DNA from: Callorhinchus milii
Taxonomy: Eukaryota
Assembly: GCF_018977255.1 (NCBI RefSeq)
Contig: NW_024704768.1
Location: 2,914,001 to 2,978,000 of the forward strand
Length of the DNA stretch: 64,000 nucleotides
Reading direction: 5' to 3'
How positions within the stretch are numbered: the stretch's first letter is position 1; each line of letters opens with the position of its first letter. The translations under genes were made by a program, and so were the position numbers. Shown here in pieces: positions 1 through 11,935 of this stretch. The notes under the pieces were generated by a model that was given only the letters and a program-made list of their open reading frames with translations, was not told the origin of the DNA and did no database searches.

Positions 1-52
1 GACCCGCTGAGCCGTTGCCCCCGATCCACACCAGCAGCCCGGTGTATCCCAG
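1..52 (+). CDS. TNS2: End of an upstream tensin-2 coding exon (PAEPLPPIHTSSPVYP)
   Basis: Open frame with a tensin-like HTSSP motif, ending at the donor ag|gtaaat (52/53). Its phase (2) does not match the strongest downstream acceptor (see findings). Confidence 0.6.
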
Positions 53-441
53 GTAAATCCTGCCTTTCCCAGCAACTACGTCGACGACGACAGCTGCAAC
101 AACGACAACAACGCCGCCGCCACCACCAACTTGCGCCCCCTCGTGCAAGGCAGCGTCCCATTAACAATCCTCGCTTTCGTTGGCGCGCCTCGTCGCGGCG
201 TCTGCGAGCCGTCCCGCCGAGCGCCTTTGCGGCTTTTCCGTGACGTGTAGTGACTGTGCGCTTGGCGGGCGAAGGGCGGCGGCCGATGGCGTGACATCGT
301 TTGGGAGTGAGTATGAGGATAATAATAGTATTATTATTAATCCTTGCATTTGATGTCTCCCTCTCCCTCAATCCCTCCGCCTCGCCCCCCCCCCAACGCC
401 CCCCACCAACCCCCCCCCCACCCCCTTCATCGTGTCCGCAG

Positions 442-3400
442 GTGCTGGTAGCAGAGAGTGGGTGTGGACCTCAAACCCCCGAGCCTTCGTGGACCTCCCC
501 AGCAGAAGGCAACATCCAGCTGCCCGCTCGGCCCAGGTTGCAATCGGGCGAGGTCCCCGGCAGATGCCCCGCGATCGAGGGCCCGACCGACGCGTCGCCA
601 GGGGGCCGCGAGCTGAACGGCCGGCAGGAGGGCGCGGGTCAGGCTGGTGCTGGGTTGGTGCTCGGCGCCCAGTGCGGCCTGAACCACGGCAACAGGGTGA
701 ACTTCTCCGCCGGTTCCCCGGGTCGGTGCAGCCCTGGCTTCGGCGAGCGTCCGATGGAGGCCTTCTCGGAGACGCTGGCGCGACACCGCTCGGGCAGCGC
801 CTCCATCTCCCCCTGCCCCGTGGCCTCGGGGAGCCAACCCCCCTCGCCCGACCTGTCGGCCTCCCAGGGCAGCCCGGACTCCCAGACGCCTCCCACGCCG
901 GCTTTCCCCGTGTCCTCGCCACACTACGCCTCCCGGGACGAGGCGTTCGTCTACCAGCAACAGCCGCCGCTGCCGGAAAAGCGCAGGATGTCGGCCAGTC
1001 ACACCCTGCCCAACGGGAGGTCTTTTTCCCCGACGCAGAAGGCCGAGGCCAACCCACATCATGTCACCTTCTCCCCCAGCACCTTGGACATCGCTGGGCT
1101 CTCGTCAACAGGTGAGCAACAACAACAACAACAGACCTGAGCTGGGGGGGGGTGGGGGGTGGTCAGGGGCCGAGGAGGGTGGAGGGCGGTAGAGGGGGTG
1201 GGGGGGGGGGGGAGAAGGGGAGGGACTGCGGGATGGAGTTCCAGAGGGTGGGGTACAGAGTGGCTGAAGGCCCGTTTGACACAGCAACTTGTCACGTTGT
1301 GGAGACGTCCCAAAGAATATGGCGTCGAGTGGATTGGAACGACACGGGGGGGGGGGGGGCAATGTTTCCGGCCATTTTGGGAGCCTTTCTTGGGCCAAAT
1401 AAGGGACATTCGGTAGCAAGAGACAGCCGGCGGACACCCAGCTCTCCGGTCTGACGTGAAAGGCGCCCACGTCAAAGTGTTTCCGTCTCTGCCGCCTCTT
1501 TCCACGCGAACCCCTTGTTTCTTTCCCGGGGCTTAAGCCCCGCCGTGTTTGAGTGGGTTTGAACCCTCCCGCGCGCGCGTGTGTGTGCGCGTGTGGTTTT
1601 TTTTTATTTCTTTCCAGTCGTTCCGTGGCGAAATCTTTTCGTGTCACCTGTACGCGTTTCCTTCGCCCCTTTCCTCTCTCAGATGAGCAGCTGGAGACCC
1701 AGTTGAGCGCCAAGTTCGTGCAGGACACCTCGAAGTTTTGGTACAAACCGAACATCTCCAGAGACCAAGGTGAGAGGCCTCGCCAACCGCAGGAATAACC
1801 CTCGCGTTTGACTCAGCGCCTTATCGCGTCTTCACCTACAAGGCCATTCACGGCCTCGCTCCCTCCTACCTCTCCAACCTACTATCCCCCTACCTACCCG
1901 CCCGTACCCTCCGTTCCTCCGGCTCCGGTCTGCTCCACGTCCCCCGCCCCAATTGCCCTACCATCGGTGGCCTTCAGCCTCTCAGCCCCGAGGCTCTGGA
2001 ACTCCATCCCCAGTGCCTTCGCCGCTTCCTCCCTCTCCTCCTTCAAGGCCGGTCTCAAAACCTTTCTCTTTGACCTTCAGCCTTCAGCTCCCCTCTCGAC
2101 TCTCTTCCCCCTCCTCGCTCCCTCCCTTCCCTCCCCTCACCCTGACCATTTCCCCCCTCCTCGCTCCCTCCCTTCCCTCCCCCCACCCTGACCATTTCCC
2201 CCCTGCTCGGGTCATGACCCAACTGTGCAGCGCCTTGGGACGTCCTCCTGACGTGAAAGGTGCTTTATAAATGGAATCTTGTTGTTGTTGTTGTTGTTCG
2301 AGACCTCTCGAGTGCGTGTGCAGAGTAAGGAAACTTGCCCGACATTTCGCCCCGACCCGACCCGACCCGAATCGAACCCCCGGGTCCTCTCGCTTGCGGA
2401 GGCGAGAGGGCTCTTCGCCACCGGGCCTCGGCTTTCACCGCCCTCCTCGGCCTCGAAAGACGTCGCTCCGCGGTTCGCCCCCGATTCGGACCCTTACGAA
2501 TTTGAATCCGGGTTCCTCAGCCCTCCTTTCCCCCCCCCCCACCCCCCCCCCACCCCACCCCTCCGCCCCACCCTCTCAAAGCAGCATCGCCATCGAGAGC
2601 TTTCAGCAGCGAGTATCTAGGTCAAACTTTGGAGGCTTTACAGCCGGGTGCCAAGGATTTACCCGGAGAGTCACTCAAATCCTGTCCAGCTGAAGTTTCT
2701 TGGATCGAACTGAATGTTCCCCTGGAGTTCCTGGAGGGATTGTGTCACTGCATTTGGGAACGTCTGGTTTTTTGGCTCAGTTCTCGCCTTCCCATCCCAT
2801 CCCATCCCATCCTATCCCATCCCATCCCGCACCCCCCCCCCTTCCACACACACACACGCACACGCACACGCCCCCGTGTTCCTGGCTTCTCTGCCTTCAG
2901 GCACAGCTAAAAAGCCGACCCGTTGACCTTCCTGTGACGCACCCGACCACTTGCTCACGTCAATCGAGGAGCCTCGTTTGGAACGACTTGGCCGGAGGAG
3001 TGTCCACGCAATCGCTGGGCCCTCAGGTCGTTGAAATATCCTCCCCAGTTCTGGACGGTTCTTGAGTTCGTTTCGTCTCGGTCTCCACCCGGGTTTTTTT
3101 TTTTTTCCCTTTTTCGGTCACTCGCTTCAAGGGGGTCGCGTTCGACCCGGCGCCTGGTCTCGCGCCCTCGGGACGTCTCAAAGCGCTTCGCGGGACGCGC
3201 TGTGAGAGCGTGGCGACGGTGCGCGTCGCGGGGCCGAACGCGGCAGCCAGTCGCGCACAGCAGCGTCCCCACACGCGCGCACACGCACGCGCACACGCAC
3301 GCGCGCGCACACAGCCGTGGTTTTGAGTGGCCATTCGTTTACTGCGCGATAAAGGCGCTGTCTCAAACGAACGCATTATTATTACGATTACCGCCGTCAT

Positions 3401-6400
3401 AACTATGACTAAAACGACGCCACTCACTCGCACCAATCCTCTGCACGTCAGAACACACCGCGGAGCGCATCGGGTCATCATTCTTCCACGGATTTCAGTC
3501 GTCCATCAGCGCGCGGTGCGCGCGCGGGTGCAGCGCGTGGAAAGGAAAAAAAGACTTTGTGGACATCCTGAAGAGCAATTGATTTTACTGTTTGTTTGAT
3601 TGCAATTAAGTGAGAGGGGTGGGGGTGGTTTATTTACTTTTCCAGCTATTTCGCTGCTAAAGAACCAGCTGCCAGGGTCATTTCTTATCCGAGACAGTAA
3701 CTCGTTCCAGGGAGCGTACGGTCTCGCCCTCAAAGTCTCCTCACCTCCCGCGAACCTCACCTCCCAGAGCGGCAAAGGTACGTACGTGTCTCAGATGGGT
3801 GCGGCGGCTGATTCTCTGTTAGAGCGCCTCTCTCGCCTCTCTCGCCTCGCGAGCGGGAGGGACCCCAGGGTTCGGGTCAGGGCGAAACGTTGGGCAAGTT
3901 TCCTTGGTCCACGCGCACACGCGCACACGGGCGCCTCTGTTTACCTCGAAGACGTCTCGAAGGCGCTCTATCAAATGCAAGGAGTATTATTATCATCATT
4001 ATTATTATTAATAAGGGATAGGAGGCAAAGGCGGGTAATTGGGGTTGAGGTACAGATCAGCCACGATCCTACAGCATGGCGGAACAGGCTCGAGGGGCTG
4101 AATGGCCTCCTCCTGTTTCTATGAATCTCTGGGCTTGTTTGGGAGGGGATGAGGATGGAGGGGCGGGGGTGGGGGGGGGGCGGGCGGGGCGGGGGGGGGG
4201 TGGGGAAGGGAGGGATGGAGAAGCTGTCTCTGCCCCTTGACTCTCTGCGTCGTGTCTCGCAGGTGACCCCAGCGAGCTGCTCGTCAGGCATTTCCTCATC
4301 GAGATGGGGCCCAAAGGCGTGAAGATCAAAGGTTGCCAGAACGAACCCTACTTCGGTAAGGGTTTAACCCCCCCCCGCGCCCCCCGCGCGCCGGGGGGTT
4401 GATTTCCGACCGTCGCCGCTCCCTGTGCGCCTGCAAACCCGCACCCCGTGGAGTCCTGTAGCGGTTAGAGCACTCGCCGCGCGGGGAGGGAGGAGGAGAG
4501 GAACCTGGGTTCGATTCCCAGACCTCCTACCCCCTACCCTCCCTGCTCCCAAACCGCCCCCCCACCGCGCCCCCCACAACCCCCCCCCCCTCGCCCCTAA
4601 CTCGGGTCCAAAATCCTTGGAGGTCCAACCCCCTGTGGGATTTCCTGCTGACGTAAAACCCGAACCTGTCCGCGAGCGCTTCTCTGTCCAAACACGCGGT
4701 GTTTCCGTGCGCCCTTTTTAGTTAACTCGTGGCTCTTATGGCACGCGGCAGGCGGATGGGCCGTCGAAGCTGGGACCGGGAGGAATTTTGACGCCCGCGG
4801 GGCGGTCGGTGCGCCGGGGCGGGGCGGGGCGGGACGGGGCGTTTCAGGAGGCATAAGTGCGGAGAATGACTCGTGTTGTGTGTGTGTGTGTGTTTTTTCT
4901 CCTCCTCTCTCTCGTGTGTCAGGAAGTTTGTCGGCCTTGGTGTACCAACACTCCATCACTCCCATCTCCTTGCCCCACAAGCTGAAAATTCCAGACCAAG
5001 GTAACGTGCGAGCGTTCGAGCCGTGGGAGATACCGTATTGCCCACCCCCCCCCCCCCCCCACCCCAAGACGCGCAGTCACTACGCTTTGCAGCCCCCCCC
5101 CCCCTGCTGGACGGTCAAGGATTTGGGCCCAAGCTGGGAAAGGTGGTGGTGGTGGTGGGGGGGGGCTGGGATCAGTGTGGGTTGCGGGGTGTGGTGGGGG
5201 GTGTAGGAGGGCGGCCGAAGGCCAGGTCGAAGAGGAGGGTCTTGAGACGGGTCTTGAAGGAGGCGAGGGAGGAGTGTGAGGCGGAGGGACTGTGGGATGG
5301 AGTCGAACCCAGGTCCTCTCGCTTGCGAGGCGAGGCTCGCTCACCGCCGAGCTACAGGGGTCCCACGTGTCGTATCCGACTGCCTGTTCCTTGGAGTGGG
5401 TGGGAACGGTGTATGGGAAAAGTTTCGTGTTGGATATAAATTGCGGTTCAAGTTTCACCCAACAAAAAATCTCTCCCACTCCCTCTTCGTTCCGCGCCAC
5501 TCAGTTTAACGAGAGTTGCGGTCATCTAATGGGACCGTGGATCCTCCTTTCACCAGGAGAACTCTCTCCAAACCATCTGCGGCTCCTTAGCGCTCGACAC
5601 ATTTCGTGCGACTGGGCCTCGAGACAAGGGTTTGGACGGAGTCCCATTGGCAGAGGCAATGGTGCTCCTTGTGTGTGGTGGTTGATAGTCCTCTTCCGCC
5701 CCCTAGTGTTTGCTCCCCACCGTTGCTCGGGCCTCGCTGGTTGACGCCTTGAGTTCAATCATCTCGCCTCAGTTAATTCCACACGCACCGATCATAATAA
5801 TAAGTAAGAATAATAAATAATCCTCGCATTTGACGCGGCGCCTTATCGAGACGTCTCAAAGCGCTTCCCAGGAAACACTGCAAAGTGCAGTGACTGTGTA
5901 TTTTGTGGGCAACATCGAAAGCCTTGTCGTTATTTAGCTTGTCACGGGTGATCGTGGGTTCGGCCCTCGCGAATTTCACATCCTTCACCGAGTATCTTAG
6001 GACTTCAGGGTTGCCGTTTGCCCTCAGCGTTGCCTCTCTCCCTTCTCCAGATCCGACCGATGAGGCCCACAAGTCCATTGCACCGGGCAACACAAGCACT
6101 GCCGTGGAGTTGCTCAAGCGGGGAGCAGGTGAGAGTTCCCGGTTTCCAAGCTAATGTCTCGTACCAACACCAACACCACCAACACCACCATCACCGCCAC
6201 CACCACCAACACCCCCATCACTGCCAACACCGCCACCATCACCACCATCACCACCAACACCACCAACACCACCACCACCACCAACACCAACACTACCANN
6301 NNNNNNNNNNNNNNNNNNNNNNNNNNNNNNNNNNNNNNNNNNNNNNNNNNNNNNNNNNNNNNNNNNNNNNNNNNNNNNNNNNNNNNNNNNNNNNNNNNNN

Positions 6401-8293
6401 NNNNNNNNNNNNNNNNNNNNNNNNNNNNNNNNNTCACCATCAACACCAACAACAACACCAACAACAACGCCCCTCACACAAGGTAGGGTCCCAGAGTGCT
6501 TGACAGTGGCTGAACGCGACTCCGAGCTGGGCAGGGGAGGGAGGAAGGGAGGGAGGGAGTGGGAGGAGGTGACCGTAAGCAAGGGTCGAAGAGGAAGGTC
6601 TTCTTCAACAATAGCCAATCCTACAGTGTGTGCAGTAGGGAAACATGCCCAAGGTTTCGCTTTCCTGCCCTGCCGGGGATCGAACCCAGGTTCCCCCTCG
6701 CTTTGCGAGGCGAGGGCTCTAACCCTGGGTCTGGTGAGCTTCGAGAGACGATTAAATACTTCGCCTTGTGTTTGTCGCCCGCCCGCGCTCTTGTTCTTTC
6801 AGCGTGTAACGTGCTGTACGTCAACTCGGTGGAGACGGAGTCTCTGACTGGGCCGCAAGCCATCGCCAAAGCCACCGTGCAGACCTTTGCCTCGATCCCT
6901 CTCTCCACGGCCATCGTGGTGCACTTCAAAGTCTCTCTCCAGGGCATCACCCTGACAGACAGTCAAAGAAAGTAAGTTGGCGTCTCGGAGCGCTTAACAA
7001 TGGCGGAGCTTGACGCCAAGCCAGGGGGAATGGGGGTTGGTGACCGTAAGCACGGTAAGCCCTCAATTTGTTCATCCCTCGCCCCCCCAGCCCCCCACTC
7101 CCCTCTCTCCCCATTTTCAGGTCACGCTTGAAGACCTTCCTCGAAGAGGGAGAGAGGGGAGGCGGCGAGGGGTGAAGGGATTGAGGGAGAGAGTCCCACG
7201 GTTTCGGGGCGTAGCGGCTGAAAGCACGGCTGCCGATGGTGGGGCGAAGAGTCTGGGGGTGGGGGAGAGGGGTGGGGGGACAAGAAAGAGGTGAATGCCT
7301 CTTCGCGTAGGAGTGAACCGGGCAGCGCAGCAAAAGTATGTTGAGATATCTTCTCTTCCACAGGATATTTTTCAGGCGTCACTACCCAGTGAGCACAGTC
7401 ACTTTCTGCAGTTTGGACCCACAGGACAGAAGGTAAGTCGCCAAGGCTGAGATATTCCCTCCTTCTCTTCCTCCCCCGGTCCCCCTCTCCCCCCACCACC
7501 ACCGCCCCCCAACCCCTCTCCCTCTTCCCCCTCTCTCCTCCCCCACTCCCTCCCTCCCTCCCACCCTCTCCTCCCCTTTCCCTCTCCAGCAAAATGCAAC
7601 GCGCTTTCCAGCGAATCACGTGAAGATCGTTGGGACAATTCCCCGTATCAAATGTAACGAATATTATTATTAGCGCAGAGCGAACGAGACCCCCAGGGAC
7701 ACGGGAGAATAAACCCCAGGGAGTCTGCGGACCGTTCCCTTTAGCCACCCATATAACCTGTGGTTTCTTTTCAGATGGACTAATCCAGATAGCACCACAT
7801 CCAAGTAAGTCCTTCTCTGAGACATTGGAATGATCCGTGGGGTGGGGGTTGGGGTGGGGGTTGGGGTGGGGGTTGGGGTGGGGGTTGGGGAAGGGAAGTA
7901 GCAGGGCATTGACCCAAACCACACTGCCGTGTGATTCAGGAGAAGCAAACAGCGGGGAAGAAGGGGGGGGGGAAGGGTTAAATCTTCATTGGTTCATTGG
8001 TCGCGCTCTCCGAGTCAGAAGGTTGTGGAGTGACTGTGTGTTTAGTGGGGGAAACACGGTGTCCCCACAAACAGCGGTGGATTGAGTGACGAATATTTTT
8101 TTGGGGGGGCGCGGGCGGGGGGGGGTGGGGGGGAGGAGTGGGTGAGGGATTATTACCCCCAGGAAAAGCGATCCATCCACTAATCGACTAACAACCGGGT
8201 TCCTGCCGGGAAAGCAGAGACGTGTGTGTGTGTGTGTGTGTGTGGAGTCAGGAAAATTGCCCAACATTGACCCCCCGGGAATCGAACCCCGGG

Positions 8294-8324
<31 letters not shown>

Positions 8325-8630
8325 CTCGCTCGCGAGTCGAGGGCACTAACCACCGAGCTACGGGGCCCCTCTCCCGATGACGACGACCGTAAATAGTTCT
8401 TGAACTGATTCCCTCTCTCCCACCCCGACCCCACCCCACTCCCCACCCCCACCCCCACCCCTCCCGCTCTTGTCTCTCCCTCTTCCAGAATGTTTGGCTT
8501 TGTCGCCAAGAAGCAAGGGAGCACACTGGACAACGTCTGCCACCTCTTTGCCGAACTGGACCCCGAGCAGCCCGCCTCGGCCATCGTCAACTTCATCACC
8601 AAGGTCATGCTGGGACCCCAAAAGAGATGA
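442..8630 (+). CDS. TNS2: Tensin-2 (TNS2/TENC1), 3' part: Pro/Ser-rich region, SH2 and PTB domains; 5' end lies outside the window
   Basis: GT-AG exons: 442-1111, 1683-1769, 3646-3777, 4263-4355, 4923-5000, 6051-6128, 6803-6971, 7364-7432, 7775-7804, 8489-8630 (TGA). Phases are mutually consistent. Peptides: [22 protein letters not shown]; [74 protein letters not shown] (SH2); [81 protein letters not shown] (PTB). Paralog assignment (TNS2 rather than TNS1/3) rests on these motifs and on linkage to TARBP2/NPFF. The 5' boundary of exon 442 is uncertain. Confidence 0.9.
1815..2297 (+). mobile_element. L2 LINE 3' fragment (ORF2 C-terminus plus tail)
   Basis: Encodes [29 protein letters not shown], typical of the L2 ORF2 end. 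Followed by the tail cagcgccttgggacgtcctcctgacgtgaaaggtgctttataaatggaatc(ttg)n. Confidence 0.8.
4014..4125 (+). mobile_element. CR1 LINE 3' tail
   Basis: gatcagccacgatc..ggctcgaggggctgaatggcctcctcctgtttctatg is the characteristic CR1-clade 3' end. Confidence 0.7.
6164..6470. repeat. (ACC/AAC/ATC)n trinucleotide repeat spanning an assembly gap
   Basis: Directly visible; N run 6299-6433. Confidence 0.9.
8010..8370 (-). mobile_element. tRNA-derived SINE copy (dominant family of the window)
   Basis: Reverse complement shows A box (tagctcggtggttag), B box (ggttcgattcc), ttgggcaattttcctgactcca(ca)n and the gggtaataatccct body. Confidence 0.75.
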
Positions 8631-10407
8631 GACCGCCCCCCCAAAAAAAGAAAAAAAAAAGAGGAGCCGTTATTGTTTCGAANNNNNNNNNNNNNNNNNN
8701 NNNNNNNNNNNNNNNNNNNNNNNNNNNNNNNNNNNNNNNNNNNNNNNNNNNNNNNNNNNNNNNNNNNNNNNNNNNNNNNNNNNNNNNNNNNNNNNNNNNN
8801 NNNNNNNNNNTTGAGGTCTATATTGCGTTGACGTCAGTGTTGGTATACGTTAGGAAACCCATTATGTCTTTGTCCAAAGGTCCACCAGATCCTTGGTCCT
8901 AACGTATAATAATAATAATAATAATCCTTTCATTTGACACAGCGCCTTTATCACGTCTTCGAGAGGTCTCGAAAGCGCTTCGCGGGACACCCTGTGAAGC
9001 GTAGCGACTGGGCATTCCGTGGGCCAAAACTTCTCTCTCGACTGACGCAGCCACGGAGGTTTCTCGCAGTGCAGATTGTTCGGAGGGAGACGGAGGGAAA
9101 GTTTGCAGTATTTATCCGGTACAATCCGGTGCGAGCCTGCGTTTAGAAAACGCGGGAGCCACGGCGGAGGATGGGGGAAGGCGGTGGGGGAGGGTGGGGG
9201 GGTGGGGGGGGGGGGTGACGTGTTGGGAGGCGATAAATATGACCGGGGCAAAGAAATCCAAGTGGTTTTTGAAGCGAAACAATGCAATACAATGCCAAAT
9301 TACGGCGGGAGGAGGTCCCAAGGCGTTGGACACTTACGTAGGTGATTGCACGATTGATAACAATAAGACTTACGCTGTAGTTATGTCGGTGCCTTTGGGT
9401 AAAGCAGTGGAATCGAAGCCGCCTATGCGCCCCCCACCCCTTTCTCTCTCTCTCTCTCTCTCTCTCCCGCTGTCATTTCTCTCCGAGCTTGAGACCGACC
9501 GACCGGCCTTTTGTTACGGCGCCTCTCGATCAGACCCGAGCGCAGCCTCGTGCCTCGGAGTGACTGTCCCTCGGCCCGTGCCTCGAACGCCAGCCCGATG
9601 TTTTCTGTCCCGCTTCACCTCCCGCCCGAAGCACGCACTTTCACGCGCAGACTTGCACTGAGAATGGATTTTTGCACGTTTTTTTAGCTTGACCGTCGCA
9701 ATCGGGGACGTGATGGAGAGTTTATAGGAGTAGTAATGATAATAATCCTTGCGTTTGATATAGCGCTTTTCGCGTCGGGATGTAATTAACGCACGAGTGA
9801 GGGGTAACACGCTTCCTCGTGGGTCGTTAATTATATAACCGAAGGCCCCTTTCTATCCCTCTACGCGCTCGCGTTTCCAAATGGTTTGTGTACGTGGCGT
9901 ATTATACAGAGCCCATTAAAATCCGAACCTACGGTAATACGCCCTACTATCTCTCTCTCTCTCTCTCTCCCTCTCTCTCTCTCTCTCCGTGTCGTTAAGG
10001 CTGTGAGGGCTAACGCAGTTAGAGGCTTTCCAACTCGCTTCTGTCGTAACTCGTGAATCTCCGCAGGAAAATTGCACTAAAAACAAATTAATTAATCGTG
10101 GAGAGAGCATCTGGTGACTTTTCAGTCCAGTCTTTCATCTCGAGACGTGTTTTGGGCAGTGAGTATTAAGCCAGTACCCCCCCCCCCCCCCCCCCCCCCA
10201 CCACCCCACTTGCTCGATTAATTAATACGTTGTCCGCATTAAATGACCAGTAAATCCCTCTTGCGCTAAAAGGGTTAATCAGATGTGCGGGTGACATTTT
10301 GAACAGTTGACTCTCTCTCTCTCTCTCACGGGCTGGGAGTGGGCGGAACGCAATCCAGCGACCGTCCTCGTGTTTGACACAGCGCCTTATCGCCAGGACG
10401 TCTCACG

Positions 10408-10733
10408 TGGAGTCCTGTCGCTCAGCGGTTAGAGCACTCGCTTTGCGAGCGAGAGCCGGGTTCAATTCCCGGCAGAGGGCGAAACCTTGGGCAAGTTTCC
10501 TTACTCCACACAGAGCCTAATAATAATCCCTCCAAAACCAAAAACAATAATAAATTGGTCATTTTCAATCCACGACTGTTTGCGGGACATTGCTGTGCGC
10601 AATCGGCCGCCGCGTTCGCCCACAAATATACAGTCGATTCACTTTACAGTGCGTTCTGTGAAGCGCTTTGGGACGTCCTCCCGACGTGAAAAAGCGCTAT
10701 GTCAAATGCGAGGATTATTATTATTATTATTAT
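10408..10733 (+). mobile_element. tRNA-derived SINE copy with internal deletion
   Basis: Head gctcagcggttagagcactcg..gggttcaattccc, body gctgtgcgcaatcggccgccgcg, tail aagcgctttgggacgtc..caaatgcgagga(tta)n. Confidence 0.8.
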
Positions 10734-11843
10734 AAAGCGCTGCCCGGGACACGCTGTAGAGGGGCTGCGTGTTTCGTGGGCGAAGCGCGGACAGCCAATC
10801 GCGCACAGCGGCGTCCAGCAAAAAAACAGTCGTGGGTTGAGCGGGATTCTGTGGTTGAAGGGATCGTTGCCCCCGAGGACGATTCTTCTACCCCCAGTCC
10901 GTTATTTACAGATCACCCGGACTGCAAATTTGCCCCAATTTAAGCTAAAAACATTCACGTTGATGGGCGTTGTCCGGAGAGAGAGAGAGAGAGAGAGAGA
11001 GAGCGACAGAGAGAGAGAGTTATCTCCCCGATAAGATCTGCCCAGTGCCGGAGCCCTCAACCCAAACCAGCGGAGCATAGCGCGTCCGCGTATATAATAT
11101 ATTCTACTCTGTGTAGGAATCTCACGAGAAGATTCTGTTCGCTGTGGGATCTCCGAATGGATTTGTGACTGAATGAAGCGAATGAGTTATTTTAATAGTT
11201 TCTGTTGCGCTTATTTTTTTTTAAGAAAAGTGCAGATCGGCCGCTGTGCGTTTCCTCGGTTCGGGATAAGTCTTATTTGCGGACACGTCTTTTTTTTATT
11301 ATTAATAATAATAGTAATAATATATATATAGCTCTGTACAGATACAAAGACGGGAGTTTATAGGTTCAACGCTGACGGATCGGTTGGAACTCTGCAGCTC
11401 GTGTCCTCTCCCGCATCAAGTTCCGGGAACACCCCCCACGCCCTCCCCGATCACCCCCCACCCCCTCCCCGATCACCCCCCATCCCCTCCCCTTCCTCCC
11501 CCATCATCCCCGCCCTTTGGAACTCCATCCCACAGCCCCTCCGCCTCGCCCCCCTCCCTCGCCTCCTTCAAGGCCCGTCTCAAGACCCTCCTCTTGGAGC
11601 ACGCCTTCGGTCACCCCCTTACCCCTACGCTCCCCGCCTTCCGCCCCCCTCCCACACCCCCACCCCCACCCACCCCCGAAAGCCGGTGTTTGGGCTGATT
11701 GTGTCTGCGCTGGTGTTTGGGTGATGTGTTATTGTGTCAGTGCTAAACGTGCGTTAACCTTCACATAACTATATTGAAATGTACAAACATTTGCGTTCAC
11801 AGATTATAATCAGACTCCAGAGCACATGGGGTGAGGAAGGCAG

Positions 11844-11844
<1 letters not shown>

Positions 11845-11883
<39 letters not shown>

Positions 11884-11935
11884 CGATCAATCGATTGATT
11901 GATTGATTGATCGATTGATTGATTGATTGATTGAT
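11845..11935. repeat. (GATT)n microsatellite
   Basis: Directly visible. Confidence 0.95.

Noticed and set aside
6018-6503. Poly-His / poly-Thr ORFs
   Set aside because: Intronic trinucleotide repeat plus assembly gap.
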